NCBI GenBank assembly: GCA_017354415.1
Contig: JAFMQY010000001.1
Coordinates: forward strand, 28-64,027
DNA length: 64,000 nucleotides
From: Nocardioides sp.
GTDB taxonomy: Bacteria > Actinomycetota > Actinomycetes > Propionibacteriales > Nocardioidaceae
Direction of reading: 5' to 3'
The first letter of the stretch is position 1. Every line of letters begins with the position of its first letter. Made by a program: the position numbers and the translations under genes. The notes under the pieces are model-generated. The model ran no database searches, was not told the DNA's origin, and worked only from the letters and a program-made list of their open reading frames with translations. Of this stretch, positions 38,352 through 47,122 are shown one piece after another.

Positions 38352-39125
38352 TCATGCGTGACCTCCCTGCCCCGCGATCCATGTGTCGAAGTCGTCGGAT
38401 GTGACGACCCTCGCGTTGGTCTCCATGTCGGCATGGAGAAGCCCGCACAGCTCGGCGCACCGGACGTGGTACAGGCCGAGCCGGTCCGGGACGGTCGACG
38501 TCGAGGTGGTCACGCCGGGGTTGGCGTCGACCTTGATTCCCATCTCCGGCAGCCAGAACGAGTGGATGACGTCGTCACTGGTCACCTTGAAGACGACCGG
38601 CCGGTTGACCGGCAGGACCAGCTGGTCGGACTCGACTCCCTGCGAGGGGTAGCTGAACGTCCACACCCACTGCTGCCCGGTGACATCGATCTCGAGGGGG
38701 GTCGCCCCCGAGGCCGCGGCCGAGTCCACCTTGCTCAGAGCGGCGAGTCCCCAGATGAGAAGGAACAAGCAGAGCGCGGACGACAGGAAGATCCAGATGC
38801 CCGAGGTCATGCCGTGACCTCGCAGAGGGGGCCCGTCCGGGTCGCCCTCCTTCCAGGCGCCTCTCCGTCGCCAACGCATGAGGCTGTAGACAGCCAGCGC
38901 CCAGACGACCGCGGCAACGGGCGCCGACGCCACGGAGAACATGGTGAACGTGCGCTCGACCTCGGTCATCGTGTTGCTCGCCGAAGGTCCCATCAGGTGA
39001 TGCGGAACGATCAACGCGAAGATCACCCCGAGAACCGTGAAGATCGCCCACAGGATTGTGAGTGTCTTCAGCTCCTCGCTGCGTGACCGGCCTTGGCGAT
39101 CCGCCGGTGTCGTTTCGACCGACAC
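38352..39125 (-). CDS. Heme-copper oxidase subunit II with CuA site
   Basis: GQQWVWTFSY, DVIHSFW, CAELCGLLHADM. Three N-terminal hydrophobic segments. Confidence 0.93.
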   Translation of the reverse strand: MSVETTPADRQGRSRSEELKTLTILWAIFTVLGVIFALIVPHHLMGPSASNTMTEVERTFTMFSVASAPVAAVVWALAVYSLMRWRRRGAWKEGDPDGPPLRGHGMTSGIWIFLSSALCLFLLIWGLAALSKVDSAAASGATPLEIDVTGQQWVWTFSYPSQGVESDQLVLPVNRPVVFKVTSDDVIHSFWLPEMGIKVDANPGVTTSTSTVPDRLGLYHVRCAELCGLLHADMETNARVVTSDDFDTWIAGQGGHA

Positions 39126-39147
39126 AGTGCCCTCCCAGTTTCGGCCG

Positions 39148-39828
39148 TCAGGAGACGGTGAAGGTGCCCGACATGTAGCCGCGGGTCGACATGGGTCCGC
39201 CGAACTTGGCGTAGTAGCCGTCGCCGCACGGGAACTCGCAGTTCCAGATGTACTTGCCCGGGCCCTTGGTGTGGAACGAGAACGTGACCTCGATCGGCTT
39301 CGGGTAGTCGCTACCAGCAGCGATCGGCGCGTCGTCCGGTACGGCGGGCAGCGGCGCGCTCACGAACAGCGGATCCTGCGCGGTCGGTGCCGCGTGCAGC
39401 GTCCAGGTGTGTCCGACCGCCTCCGGGTCGATCTGCGTGACCGGCTTGCCGTCCACGGTCTCGGTGCCACCGACGGTGCCGTGCACCTTCGCGAACCACG
39501 GGTTCGTGATCGCCTCGCCGCCGTCGTACTGGCTGATCGTGATGGTCACCAGTGAATGCGCCGGCACGTTGATGTTGGTGCCCGGCCCGTAGCTGACCCA
39601 GTCCGGTTCAGCACCGCCGTCTTTGCCGTGCTCTCCGGCCATGCTGTCCGGGTACGTATCCAGATGGACGTAGACGTGGTGCTGCTCCGTGGCCGACGGC
39701 GGTGTCGCCGCCGTGACACGTGCCGCCACTGCTGGACTCAAGCTTTGATGCAACAGCAGGCCCAAGACCGTGACGAATGCCCCCCCAAGCAAGACAGTCA
39801 CGATCGGGCCGATGAGCTTCTTACCCAT
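39148..39828 (-). CDS. Membrane-anchored cupredoxin-fold protein, first gene of the oxidase operon
   Basis: N-terminal TM, VPAHSLVTITI beta strand, GHTW, and GKYIWNCEFPCG...GGPMSTRGYMSGTFTV cupredoxin-like C-terminal loop. Confidence 0.75.
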   Translation of the reverse strand: MGKKLIGPIVTVLLGGAFVTVLGLLLHQSLSPAVAARVTAATPPSATEQHHVYVHLDTYPDSMAGEHGKDGGAEPDWVSYGPGTNINVPAHSLVTITISQYDGGEAITNPWFAKVHGTVGGTETVDGKPVTQIDPEAVGHTWTLHAAPTAQDPLFVSAPLPAVPDDAPIAAGSDYPKPIEVTFSFHTKGPGKYIWNCEFPCGDGYYAKFGGPMSTRGYMSGTFTVS

Positions 39829-40100
39829 CGAAACCTCACTGCTCCGTCGATCCCAGGAGAGGTCTAGACCGGTGGTTGCGGCGTGTCAACGAACTGGCTG
39901 TGGAAGCGCCCGAAGATGACAAATTGTTCATGTCGCGCAGCCTGTGGGGGTCGGCGGGACCCTCAGCGCCAACCCTGCCCGGTGCTCGCTGTCGGGCCCC
40001 GGGGTCGTGTGAACCCCTCGGCCGGCACGCACGTATTGACGGGTGGGAGACGGATGCACGCATGTGCGTGACGGGTGACAGTCCCCCGACGAGGCAGTCG

Positions 40101-40484
40101 ATGAAGCTCCACCGTCGCAACCGACGTACCGATCCGCGTTGGCAGGTCGCGGCGTCCATCCGGGTCGTCAGCGCAGACCGGCAGACTGTCAACAGGCTGG
40201 TGCGCGAGGTCGACACCGACGTGGGTGAGCGCGAGCTCGACGGCGTTGTGATCGGGCGTCGACATCCGACCGGCTGGTTCATCCACGCCGTCCGGCGAGA
40301 CGATCTGGCGGGGGAGGATCTCGACTCCTTCAGGGACCTCGTCACCGTGCGCTCGTACCTGCTGCTCCGGCAGGGGCCCGTCCCGCCCCTCTGGAAGCCG
40401 GCGCCCGGGGCTCATGAATGGCGGTCGGCTGCGGATTCGTCAGCCGCCGATATCGCCGGCATCGTCCGTGACCTGGGACGCTGA
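40101..40484 (+). CDS. Hypothetical protein (127 aa)
   Basis: Ordinary amino-acid composition and GC3-rich codons between the oxidase promoter region and the response regulator. No recognised motif. Confidence 0.45.
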   Translation: MKLHRRNRRTDPRWQVAASIRVVSADRQTVNRLVREVDTDVGERELDGVVIGRRHPTGWFIHAVRRDDLAGEDLDSFRDLVTVRSYLLLRQGPVPPLWKPAPGAHEWRSAADSSAADIAGIVRDLGR

Positions 40485-40583
40485 CGCGGCCGATCTCGAA
40501 TCGATCCGCCACTTGACCGGTCCCACCCCAAGGGTGGTTACACTGACGCGACTTTTGTGTCACGGGGGAAGTTTGGGGTGGCC

Positions 40584-41243
40584 ATGTCCCGCGATCGCGT
40601 CCTGGTGATCGACGACGAGCCTCGCGTCCTCCACTTCGTCTCGCGGGCGCTCCGTGCTGAGGGCGTTGACGTCGACAGCGCGGAGGGCGGTGAGGAGGGC
40701 TGTCGGCTGGCGCTCTCGCAGCCGTATCGACTGGTCATCCTCGATCTCGTCATGCCGGGGGTCGACGGGATGACCGTGCTGAAGCGGCTGCTGCACCACA
40801 AGCCGGATCAGGCCGTGCTGATCCTCTCGTGTCTGAGCGACACCAGCACCAAGGTGCGAGCGCTCGATCTGGGCGCGGCCGACTACCTGGGCAAGCCGTT
40901 CGCGCTCAACGAGCTGATGGCCCGGGTCCGCGTGAGGATGCGGGTACGCCACGACGGCTTCGTCCTGAGCGCCCATGACTTCGTCCTGGATCCCGTCCGC
41001 CACGAGGTCAAGACGCCCACCAAGACCGTGCTGCTGACCCGGACCGAGTCGGCTCTGCTGGGAGAGCTGATCCAGCACGCGGGCGAGAGCGTCTCGAAGG
41101 AGCGGCTCCTCTCGGAGGTGTGGGGCTACCAGTTCGACCCCGAGACCAACGTCGTGGACGTCTACGTCCGGCGGATTCGCAAGAAGCTCGGTGCGACAGC
41201 GATCTCAACGGTGCGAGGAGTTGGCTATGGCGTCGATCTCTGA
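40584..41243 (+). CDS. OmpR/PhoB family response regulator
   Basis: VIDDE, ILDLVMP, GAADYLGKPF, VWG...TNVVDVYVRRIRKKL, TVRGVGY. Confidence 0.94.
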   Translation: MSRDRVLVIDDEPRVLHFVSRALRAEGVDVDSAEGGEEGCRLALSQPYRLVILDLVMPGVDGMTVLKRLLHHKPDQAVLILSCLSDTSTKVRALDLGAADYLGKPFALNELMARVRVRMRVRHDGFVLSAHDFVLDPVRHEVKTPTKTVLLTRTESALLGELIQHAGESVSKERLLSEVWGYQFDPETNVVDVYVRRIRKKLGATAISTVRGVGYGVDL

Positions 41244-42282
41244 GGTGTCCATCAGCGCCCCGCGACGTACCGCTCTCGTCTGGCACCAGTACCGGGTCGA
41301 CATCCTGTGGTGGTGCTTCGTCGCGATCAACGCCTGGGCAATGCTCGTGCTCAGCGTGTGGGCCACGGTGCCGTTCCACTTCATCTGGATCGGTGTCTCG
41401 CTGATGTACGGCTGGCGCGTGTGGACCATGAGGGTCACCTTCGTCTCGCTGTCCGTGATCGTCGTGGTCACGGGGGCGATGCTGCTGGACGACGTCTTCC
41501 GGGGTACCCAGGCGCCCGACGAGCTCACGGAGATCCCGCTGATGGCGGCGGTCTTCCTCGTGATGGTGCACTACGTGCGGCGCAGCGCCGCCGCGCAGCA
41601 GGAGACCGCGCGGGTTGCGGCGCACAACCTCGCCCTGGTCGAGCAGAGCCGGACCCTTGTACAGAACGCCTCCCACGTGCTCCGCACGCCGCTCACCATC
41701 GCGCTGGGTCATGCCGAGCTCTTGGAGCGCACCGCCACCGGTCCCGAGACGGTCGATGACGCCCGCGTCGTCGTCGACGAGCTGAACCGGCTCACGAAGG
41801 TCACCGACCGTTTCCTGGGACTGGCCAAGAGCGAACAGCCCGACTTCCTCTCCCCGGTCGAGACTGCGGTCGGAGACCTGGTGATGCGTACGGCCACTCG
41901 ATGGATGGCCACGCATCCGCCCGTCAGCCTCGGTGTCGTGGTGAACGAGGTCATGTCGGTCGATCCCGACCGCCTGGCCGAGGCCATCGACGAGATGATC
42001 GGGAACGCCGTCGTCCACTGCCCTCCAGGCACGCCGGTCGAGGTCTCCGCAGGCCGGCGCGCCGGCCGGTATGTGATCTCGGTGGCGGACCGCGGCGCGG
42101 GGATCCCGGCCTCGATGACGGCGTCCGTCTTCGAGCGTTTCAGCCACGGGACCGGCACCAGCCGTCGCGGAGCTGGCCTGGGGCTCGCCATCGTCAAGGC
42201 GATCACCGAGGGGCACGGTGGCACGGTCAGGGTCCGCAGTCGTGAAGGGGGAGGCACGGTCCTGGAGATGGCGCTGCCCTGA
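41227..42282 (+). CDS. Membrane sensor histidine kinase (HisKA-HATPase)
   Basis: About 5 TM, H-box SHVLRTP, N-box GNAV, DRGAGI, GAGLGL. Confidence 0.92.
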   Translation: MASISEVSISAPRRTALVWHQYRVDILWWCFVAINAWAMLVLSVWATVPFHFIWIGVSLMYGWRVWTMRVTFVSLSVIVVVTGAMLLDDVFRGTQAPDELTEIPLMAAVFLVMVHYVRRSAAAQQETARVAAHNLALVEQSRTLVQNASHVLRTPLTIALGHAELLERTATGPETVDDARVVVDELNRLTKVTDRFLGLAKSEQPDFLSPVETAVGDLVMRTATRWMATHPPVSLGVVVNEVMSVDPDRLAEAIDEMIGNAVVHCPPGTPVEVSAGRRAGRYVISVADRGAGIPASMTASVFERFSHGTGTSRRGAGLGLAIVKAITEGHGGTVRVRSREGGGTVLEMALP

Positions 42283-42605
42283 GCATCGGCTGCTGTCAGC
42301 ATGGCCGGCTGCGCCGGCGACCCACGCCACCGAGGTCCAGGGCGCCGGCGAAGGTGGCTGATGCCCACCCCTTCTCGCCGCCACCTGCACCGGTTGTTCG
42401 CTGACTCGGGTGACTGGGGTCGCGGGACTCATCCGCCGCCGGAGGCTCGATCACTGCCGTCGCGACCTGCCCGACCCGATCCTCATCGGCAGTCCGGTCC
42501 CGATCGTGGGCATGAACGAGCGCCGGGTCATACGCGCATGGCTGGCGCGCGCAGAGGTACGGGAGGTGGCAGAGCCGACCGGCTCCCTGGTCGAAGGGAC
42601 GAGAG

Positions 42606-45062
42606 ATGCAGCGCGTGGACCGGATCGCAGCCCCATGGGGGACGCGGACGCCGTACGGCAGAGGGGAGACGTGGCCGGAGCGCCGCGACCTCTACCTGGC
42701 CGACGGACTCGCGGAGGCCGAGGTCGACAGATGGGTTCAAACCGCCTCCGTTCTGCACTCGAACGGAGACGCCATGGACATCGCCGTCAAGGACGAGCGG
42801 ATCGTGGGTGTCCGCGGACGCGCTGAGGATCGGGTCAACCGCGGTCGGCTGGGCCCGAAGGATCTCTTCGGGTGGCAGGCGAACCACTCGCCCGACCGGT
42901 TGACGACACCGCAGGTCCGTCGTGGGGGTGAGCTGGTCGAGACCGACTGGGACACCGCTCTGGAGGAAGTTGCGGGACGTACTCGCGACCTGCTGGCCGA
43001 GCGCGGGCCGGGCTCGATCGGGTTCTACACGACGGGACAACTCTTCCTCGAGGAGTACTACACGCTGGCGCTGATCGCGCGGGGCGGCATCGGGACCAAC
43101 CACGTCGATGGCAACACACGCCTGTGCACCGCGACCGCGGGCGAGGCCCTCAAGGAGTCCTTCGGATCGGATGGTCAGCCCGGCTCCTACTCCGACATCG
43201 ACCATGCCGACGTCATCTGCCTGTATGGCCACAACGCCGCGGAGACGCAAACGGTTCTGTGGTGCCGGATCCTCGATCGGCTCGCCGGATCGAATCCGCC
43301 CGAGGTCGTCTGCGTCGACCCGCGACGTACGCCGGTCGCCGAGCACGCCACGCTGCACCTGGCGCCACGGCCCGGCACCCATGTGGTGTTGATGAACTCA
43401 CTGCTCCACGAGCTCGTCGAGCAGGACTGGGTTGACCACGAGTACGTCGCGCAGCACACCGTCGGCTTCGACGAGCTGGCGACGTCGGTGGCGGCGTACT
43501 CGCCGGAGCGAGCCGCGGAGGCCTGCGACGTGCCGGTGGCGCAGATCCGCGAGGCGGCGAGCCTGATCGGGAACGCCGATCGCCTGGTCTCCACGGTGCT
43601 GCAGGGCTTCTACCAGTCGCACCAGGCGACCGCGGCCGCCGTCCAGGTCAACAACGTCCACCTCGTCCGCGGGATGATCGGCAGACCCGGATGCGGCGTC
43701 CTGCAGATGAACGGCCAGCCCACGGCTCAGAACACCCGCGAGTGTGGTGCCGATGGCGACCTGCCCGGGTTCCGCAACTGGGCCAACGACCAGCATGTGC
43801 GCGACCTCGCCCGGGTCTGGAACGTGGAGCCGTCGCACATCCCGCACTACGCGCCGTCCACGCACCTCATGCAGATGCTGCGATACGTCGAACAGGGCTC
43901 GATCCGTTTCCTGTACGTGTCGGGCACCAACCCGGCCGTCTCGCTGCCGGAGCTGAGCCGGATCCGGTCGGTTCTAGCACAGGACCGGCTGTTCCTCGTG
44001 GTCCAGGACATCTTCCCCACGGAGACCACCCAGCTGGCCGACGTCGTGCTGCCGGCGGCCACATGGGGCGAGAAGACAGGGACCTTCACCAACGCCGACC
44101 GCACTGTCCACCTCTCGGAGAAAGCGGTCGAGCCGCCGGGAGAGGCACGCTCGGACCTCGAGATCTTCCTCGACTACGCCCGTCGCCTCGATCTGACCGA
44201 CCGCGAGGGTGCACCTCTCGTTCCGTGGAAAGACGCCGAGGGCGCGTTCGAGGGCTGGAAGGCGTGCAGCCGAGGTCGTCCGTGCGACTACTCGGGCTTG
44301 ACCTACGACATGTTGCGTGGGAACAGCGGCATCCAGTGGCCGTGTGATGACCAGAACCCCGCGGGGACCGAACGGCTGTACGCGGGCGGCCGGTTCCGCA
44401 GCAGCCCGGACGACTGCGAGAGCTATGGCAAGGACCTGGTCACGGGGGCGTCGGTCGAGCCGACGGAGTACCAGGCGATGAACCCGGCCGGAAAGGCGAT
44501 CATCAAGGCGGCCGAGTTCCTCACGCCGCACGAGGTACCGTCCGACGCGTACCCGTTCCACCTGATCACCGGACGGACGATCTACCACTTCCACACGCGC
44601 ACCAAGACGGCTCGGGCCGCGCAGCTGCAGGCAGCCGCTCCCGACGTGTGGGTCGAGGCGTCGCACGAGGATGCCGCGGCCCACGGCTGGTCCGAAGGCG
44701 ACCTCCTCGAGGTGACCACGCTCCGCAGCGCCGTCCGGGCACGGCTGCGGGTCAGCGGAGTACGACGCGGTGTGCTGTTCGTCCCGTTCCACTACGGCTA
44801 CTGGGACGCCGGTGAGCCCAGGCCCGACGGACCGGGTCGAGCCGCGAACGAGTTGACGTCGACCGCCTGGGATCCGGTGTCCAAGCAGCCACTGTTCAAG
44901 ACGGCCGCCGCCAAGGCCGAGGTGGTCCAGAAGTCCGACGGCGTTCCGTCACCGGCTCCGCGGATCGCCGCGTCGAGACCGGTCACCGGCGAACAGGACA
45001 CGCGGGGCGGTGACCCGGCGATGGTGACCGAGGACTTCGAGAGCACGGGAGGTGTCCGATGA
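42606..45062 (+). CDS. Molybdopterin (bis-MGD) oxidoreductase, NasA/NarB-like but lacking Fe-S cysteines
   Basis: DRLTTP, NTRLCTATA, LPAATWGEKTGTFTNADRT, TGRTIYHFHTRTKT, FVPFHY, PVSKQPLFK. Confidence 0.9.
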   Translation: MQRVDRIAAPWGTRTPYGRGETWPERRDLYLADGLAEAEVDRWVQTASVLHSNGDAMDIAVKDERIVGVRGRAEDRVNRGRLGPKDLFGWQANHSPDRLTTPQVRRGGELVETDWDTALEEVAGRTRDLLAERGPGSIGFYTTGQLFLEEYYTLALIARGGIGTNHVDGNTRLCTATAGEALKESFGSDGQPGSYSDIDHADVICLYGHNAAETQTVLWCRILDRLAGSNPPEVVCVDPRRTPVAEHATLHLAPRPGTHVVLMNSLLHELVEQDWVDHEYVAQHTVGFDELATSVAAYSPERAAEACDVPVAQIREAASLIGNADRLVSTVLQGFYQSHQATAAAVQVNNVHLVRGMIGRPGCGVLQMNGQPTAQNTRECGADGDLPGFRNWANDQHVRDLARVWNVEPSHIPHYAPSTHLMQMLRYVEQGSIRFLYVSGTNPAVSLPELSRIRSVLAQDRLFLVVQDIFPTETTQLADVVLPAATWGEKTGTFTNADRTVHLSEKAVEPPGEARSDLEIFLDYARRLDLTDREGAPLVPWKDAEGAFEGWKACSRGRPCDYSGLTYDMLRGNSGIQWPCDDQNPAGTERLYAGGRFRSSPDDCESYGKDLVTGASVEPTEYQAMNPAGKAIIKAAEFLTPHEVPSDAYPFHLITGRTIYHFHTRTKTARAAQLQAAAPDVWVEASHEDAAAHGWSEGDLLEVTTLRSAVRARLRVSGVRRGVLFVPFHYGYWDAGEPRPDGPGRAANELTSTAWDPVSKQPLFKTAAAKAEVVQKSDGVPSPAPRIAASRPVTGEQDTRGGDPAMVTEDFESTGGVR

Positions 45063-45583
45063 GCACGACACGCCTGGCGCGAGCCGCAACCACCCACGAC
45101 GGCATGGCCGGGGCCATCGACATGCTCCATCGCGCCGAGGGCCAGCTGGCACACGCTCTGATCGACCTCTCGGACCGGCACGCCAGTGACCACGAGATCC
45201 ACCACGTGGCCCGTGACCTGGCCGGTTGGTCCCGAGAGCACGTGCGACGGCTGGCCGATCTGGGGCACTCCCACGGTCTCGATCTCGATCCGGAGCCCGC
45301 CCACGAGGTCGCATGGGCCGGGGCGCTGAAGCAGGCGGGTGCCGAGCTGCTCGGACGGCGACACGCCCCCATCGGGATGCTGCTGGCCGACCTGCGCAAC
45401 CTCCACCAGAAGGCCGCTGGAGTCTCACTCGACTGGGAGATCCTGGCCCAGGGAGCACAGGCGACCGAGGATGCGGAGCTGCTTGCCCTGGCTTCTGAGT
45501 GCCACCCCCAGACCCTGCGCCAGCTCAGGTGGACCAACACGCATGTGAAGGAGCTGGCGGCCCAGGCCCTCACATCCACCTGA
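45059..45583 (+). CDS. All-helical hypothetical protein coupled to the Mo enzyme
   Basis: ATGA overlap. His/Glu-bearing amphipathic helices; a ferritin-like bundle is possible. Confidence 0.65.
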   Translation: MSTTRLARAATTHDGMAGAIDMLHRAEGQLAHALIDLSDRHASDHEIHHVARDLAGWSREHVRRLADLGHSHGLDLDPEPAHEVAWAGALKQAGAELLGRRHAPIGMLLADLRNLHQKAAGVSLDWEILAQGAQATEDAELLALASECHPQTLRQLRWTNTHVKELAAQALTST

Positions 45584-45630
45584 CGTCGCGCGGACCGAGT
45601 GACGGGTCAGTGAGCGGGTACAGACGGTCC

Positions 45631-47106
45631 ATGACCACCCCCTCGCCCTGGCGAGACCGCGCCGCTCCGATCGAGACCGACACCGAACTCGGCCGGGAGT
45701 ACGACGACGTCGTCGTCGGCGCGGGCCTCACCGGCCTGGTGACCGGATTGCTCCTGGCACGTGCAGGTCGCTCGGTGGCTGTCATCGAGGCCCGCGATGT
45801 GGGAGCCGTCACCACGGGAAACACCACGGGCAAGGTGTCCCTTCTCCAGGGCACGAGGCTCTCGCGCATCCTTGCGCGACAGAGCCGGCGCGTGGCACGC
45901 GCCTATGTCGAGTCCAGTCGCGAAGGACAGGCATGGCTGCTGCGCTTCTGCGACGACCACGCCGTCCCGTACCAGGTCCGCGACGCCGCGACTTACGCAC
46001 AGAACCAGGACGCGCTACCCGCTGCTCGAGCGGAGCACGAGGCGGCTCGCAAGCTCGGCCTCGACGTGACATGGCGAGATGACCTGGACGTCCCGTTCCC
46101 GCACCTGGGGGGCACCGTGCTGGCGGGGCAGGCACAGCTGGACGCGATGGATCTGCTTGGCACCCTGGTGAGCGAGCTGCGCCACGAGGGCGGGACGGTG
46201 GTCACCGGGAAACGCGTCGTCGGGGCGGCCCTGTCCGGCGATGCGGTCAGCCTCTCGGACGGCGGCTCCGTCACGGCCTCGAACGTCGTCCTGGCCACCG
46301 GCGTACCGATTCTCGATCGTGGTCTGTACTTCGCCAAGCTCGAGCCGCAGCGCTCGTACGGGTTGGCGTTCCGTCACCCTTCCCCTCCCGAGCTCATGAT
46401 GCTTTCCTCGGGCTCCCCCACGGTCTCGGTGCGGGATGCTCCGTCGGACGACGGATCATTGCTGTTGGTCGGCGGTCACGGGCACGTCGTGGGTCGTACC
46501 CGATCACACGCCGCGCACCTCGATGCGCTTCGCGCATGGACGCAGGAGTGGTTCCCAGAGGCGCAGGAGACGCACGCCTGGTCTGCCCAGGACTACTCCT
46601 CGCACGACGGCCTGCCGTTTGTCGGGCGGCTTCCCCGCGGCCGTGGTCGCCTCTACATCGCCACCGGTTTCGCCAAGTGGGGATTGACCGGCGGCCCCGC
46701 TGCCGCCTTGTCGATCAGCAAGGAGATCCAAGGTCACAGGGCGAGCTGGCAGCGGCCGATATCGCACAGGGTCACCCGACCGCGTCCGGCCATGGAACTC
46801 GTTCGACTCAACACTTCCGCGGGCCTCCACCTGGTCGGTGACCTGCTTCGCGCGGGGCTTCGCCGGGTGAACGATCCCGAGGAAGGCTCAGGGGAAGTAG
46901 GCCGCTCGGGGCTGCTCCCGGTCGGGAGGTCACGGACCGACGGGCGCACGTGCTCGATCGTGGCGCTGTGCACGCACCTGGGAGGGACCCTCACCTGGAA
47001 CGACGCCGAACACTCCTGGGACTGCCCACTGCACGGCTCACGGTTCACCGCCACCGGCGAGGTGCTCGAGGGGCCGGCCACCAGGCCGCTGCATCGCGCC
47101 ACCTGA
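45631..47106 (+). CDS. FAD-dependent oxidoreductase with C-terminal Rieske [2Fe-2S] domain
   Basis: VVGAGLTG, TTGNTTGK, CTHLG...WDCPLHGSRF. Confidence 0.92.
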   Translation: MTTPSPWRDRAAPIETDTELGREYDDVVVGAGLTGLVTGLLLARAGRSVAVIEARDVGAVTTGNTTGKVSLLQGTRLSRILARQSRRVARAYVESSREGQAWLLRFCDDHAVPYQVRDAATYAQNQDALPAARAEHEAARKLGLDVTWRDDLDVPFPHLGGTVLAGQAQLDAMDLLGTLVSELRHEGGTVVTGKRVVGAALSGDAVSLSDGGSVTASNVVLATGVPILDRGLYFAKLEPQRSYGLAFRHPSPPELMMLSSGSPTVSVRDAPSDDGSLLLVGGHGHVVGRTRSHAAHLDALRAWTQEWFPEAQETHAWSAQDYSSHDGLPFVGRLPRGRGRLYIATGFAKWGLTGGPAAALSISKEIQGHRASWQRPISHRVTRPRPAMELVRLNTSAGLHLVGDLLRAGLRRVNDPEEGSGEVGRSGLLPVGRSRTDGRTCSIVALCTHLGGTLTWNDAEHSWDCPLHGSRFTATGEVLEGPATRPLHRAT

Positions 47107-47122
47107 TGCCGAGGCGGCATCA
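47104..47122. terminator. Short hairpin overlapping two convergent stop codons
   Basis: TGATGCC-GAGGC-GGCATCA. Confidence 0.4.

Noticed and set aside
42283-42605. Overlapping short ORFs between the kinase and the Mo enzyme
   Set aside because: Arg/Pro-rich, no RBS or motif. Treated as intergenic.
42606-45062. Naming the Mo enzyme nasA/narB
   Set aside because: Fe-S ligands are missing and there is no nitrite reductase or nitrate transporter nearby.
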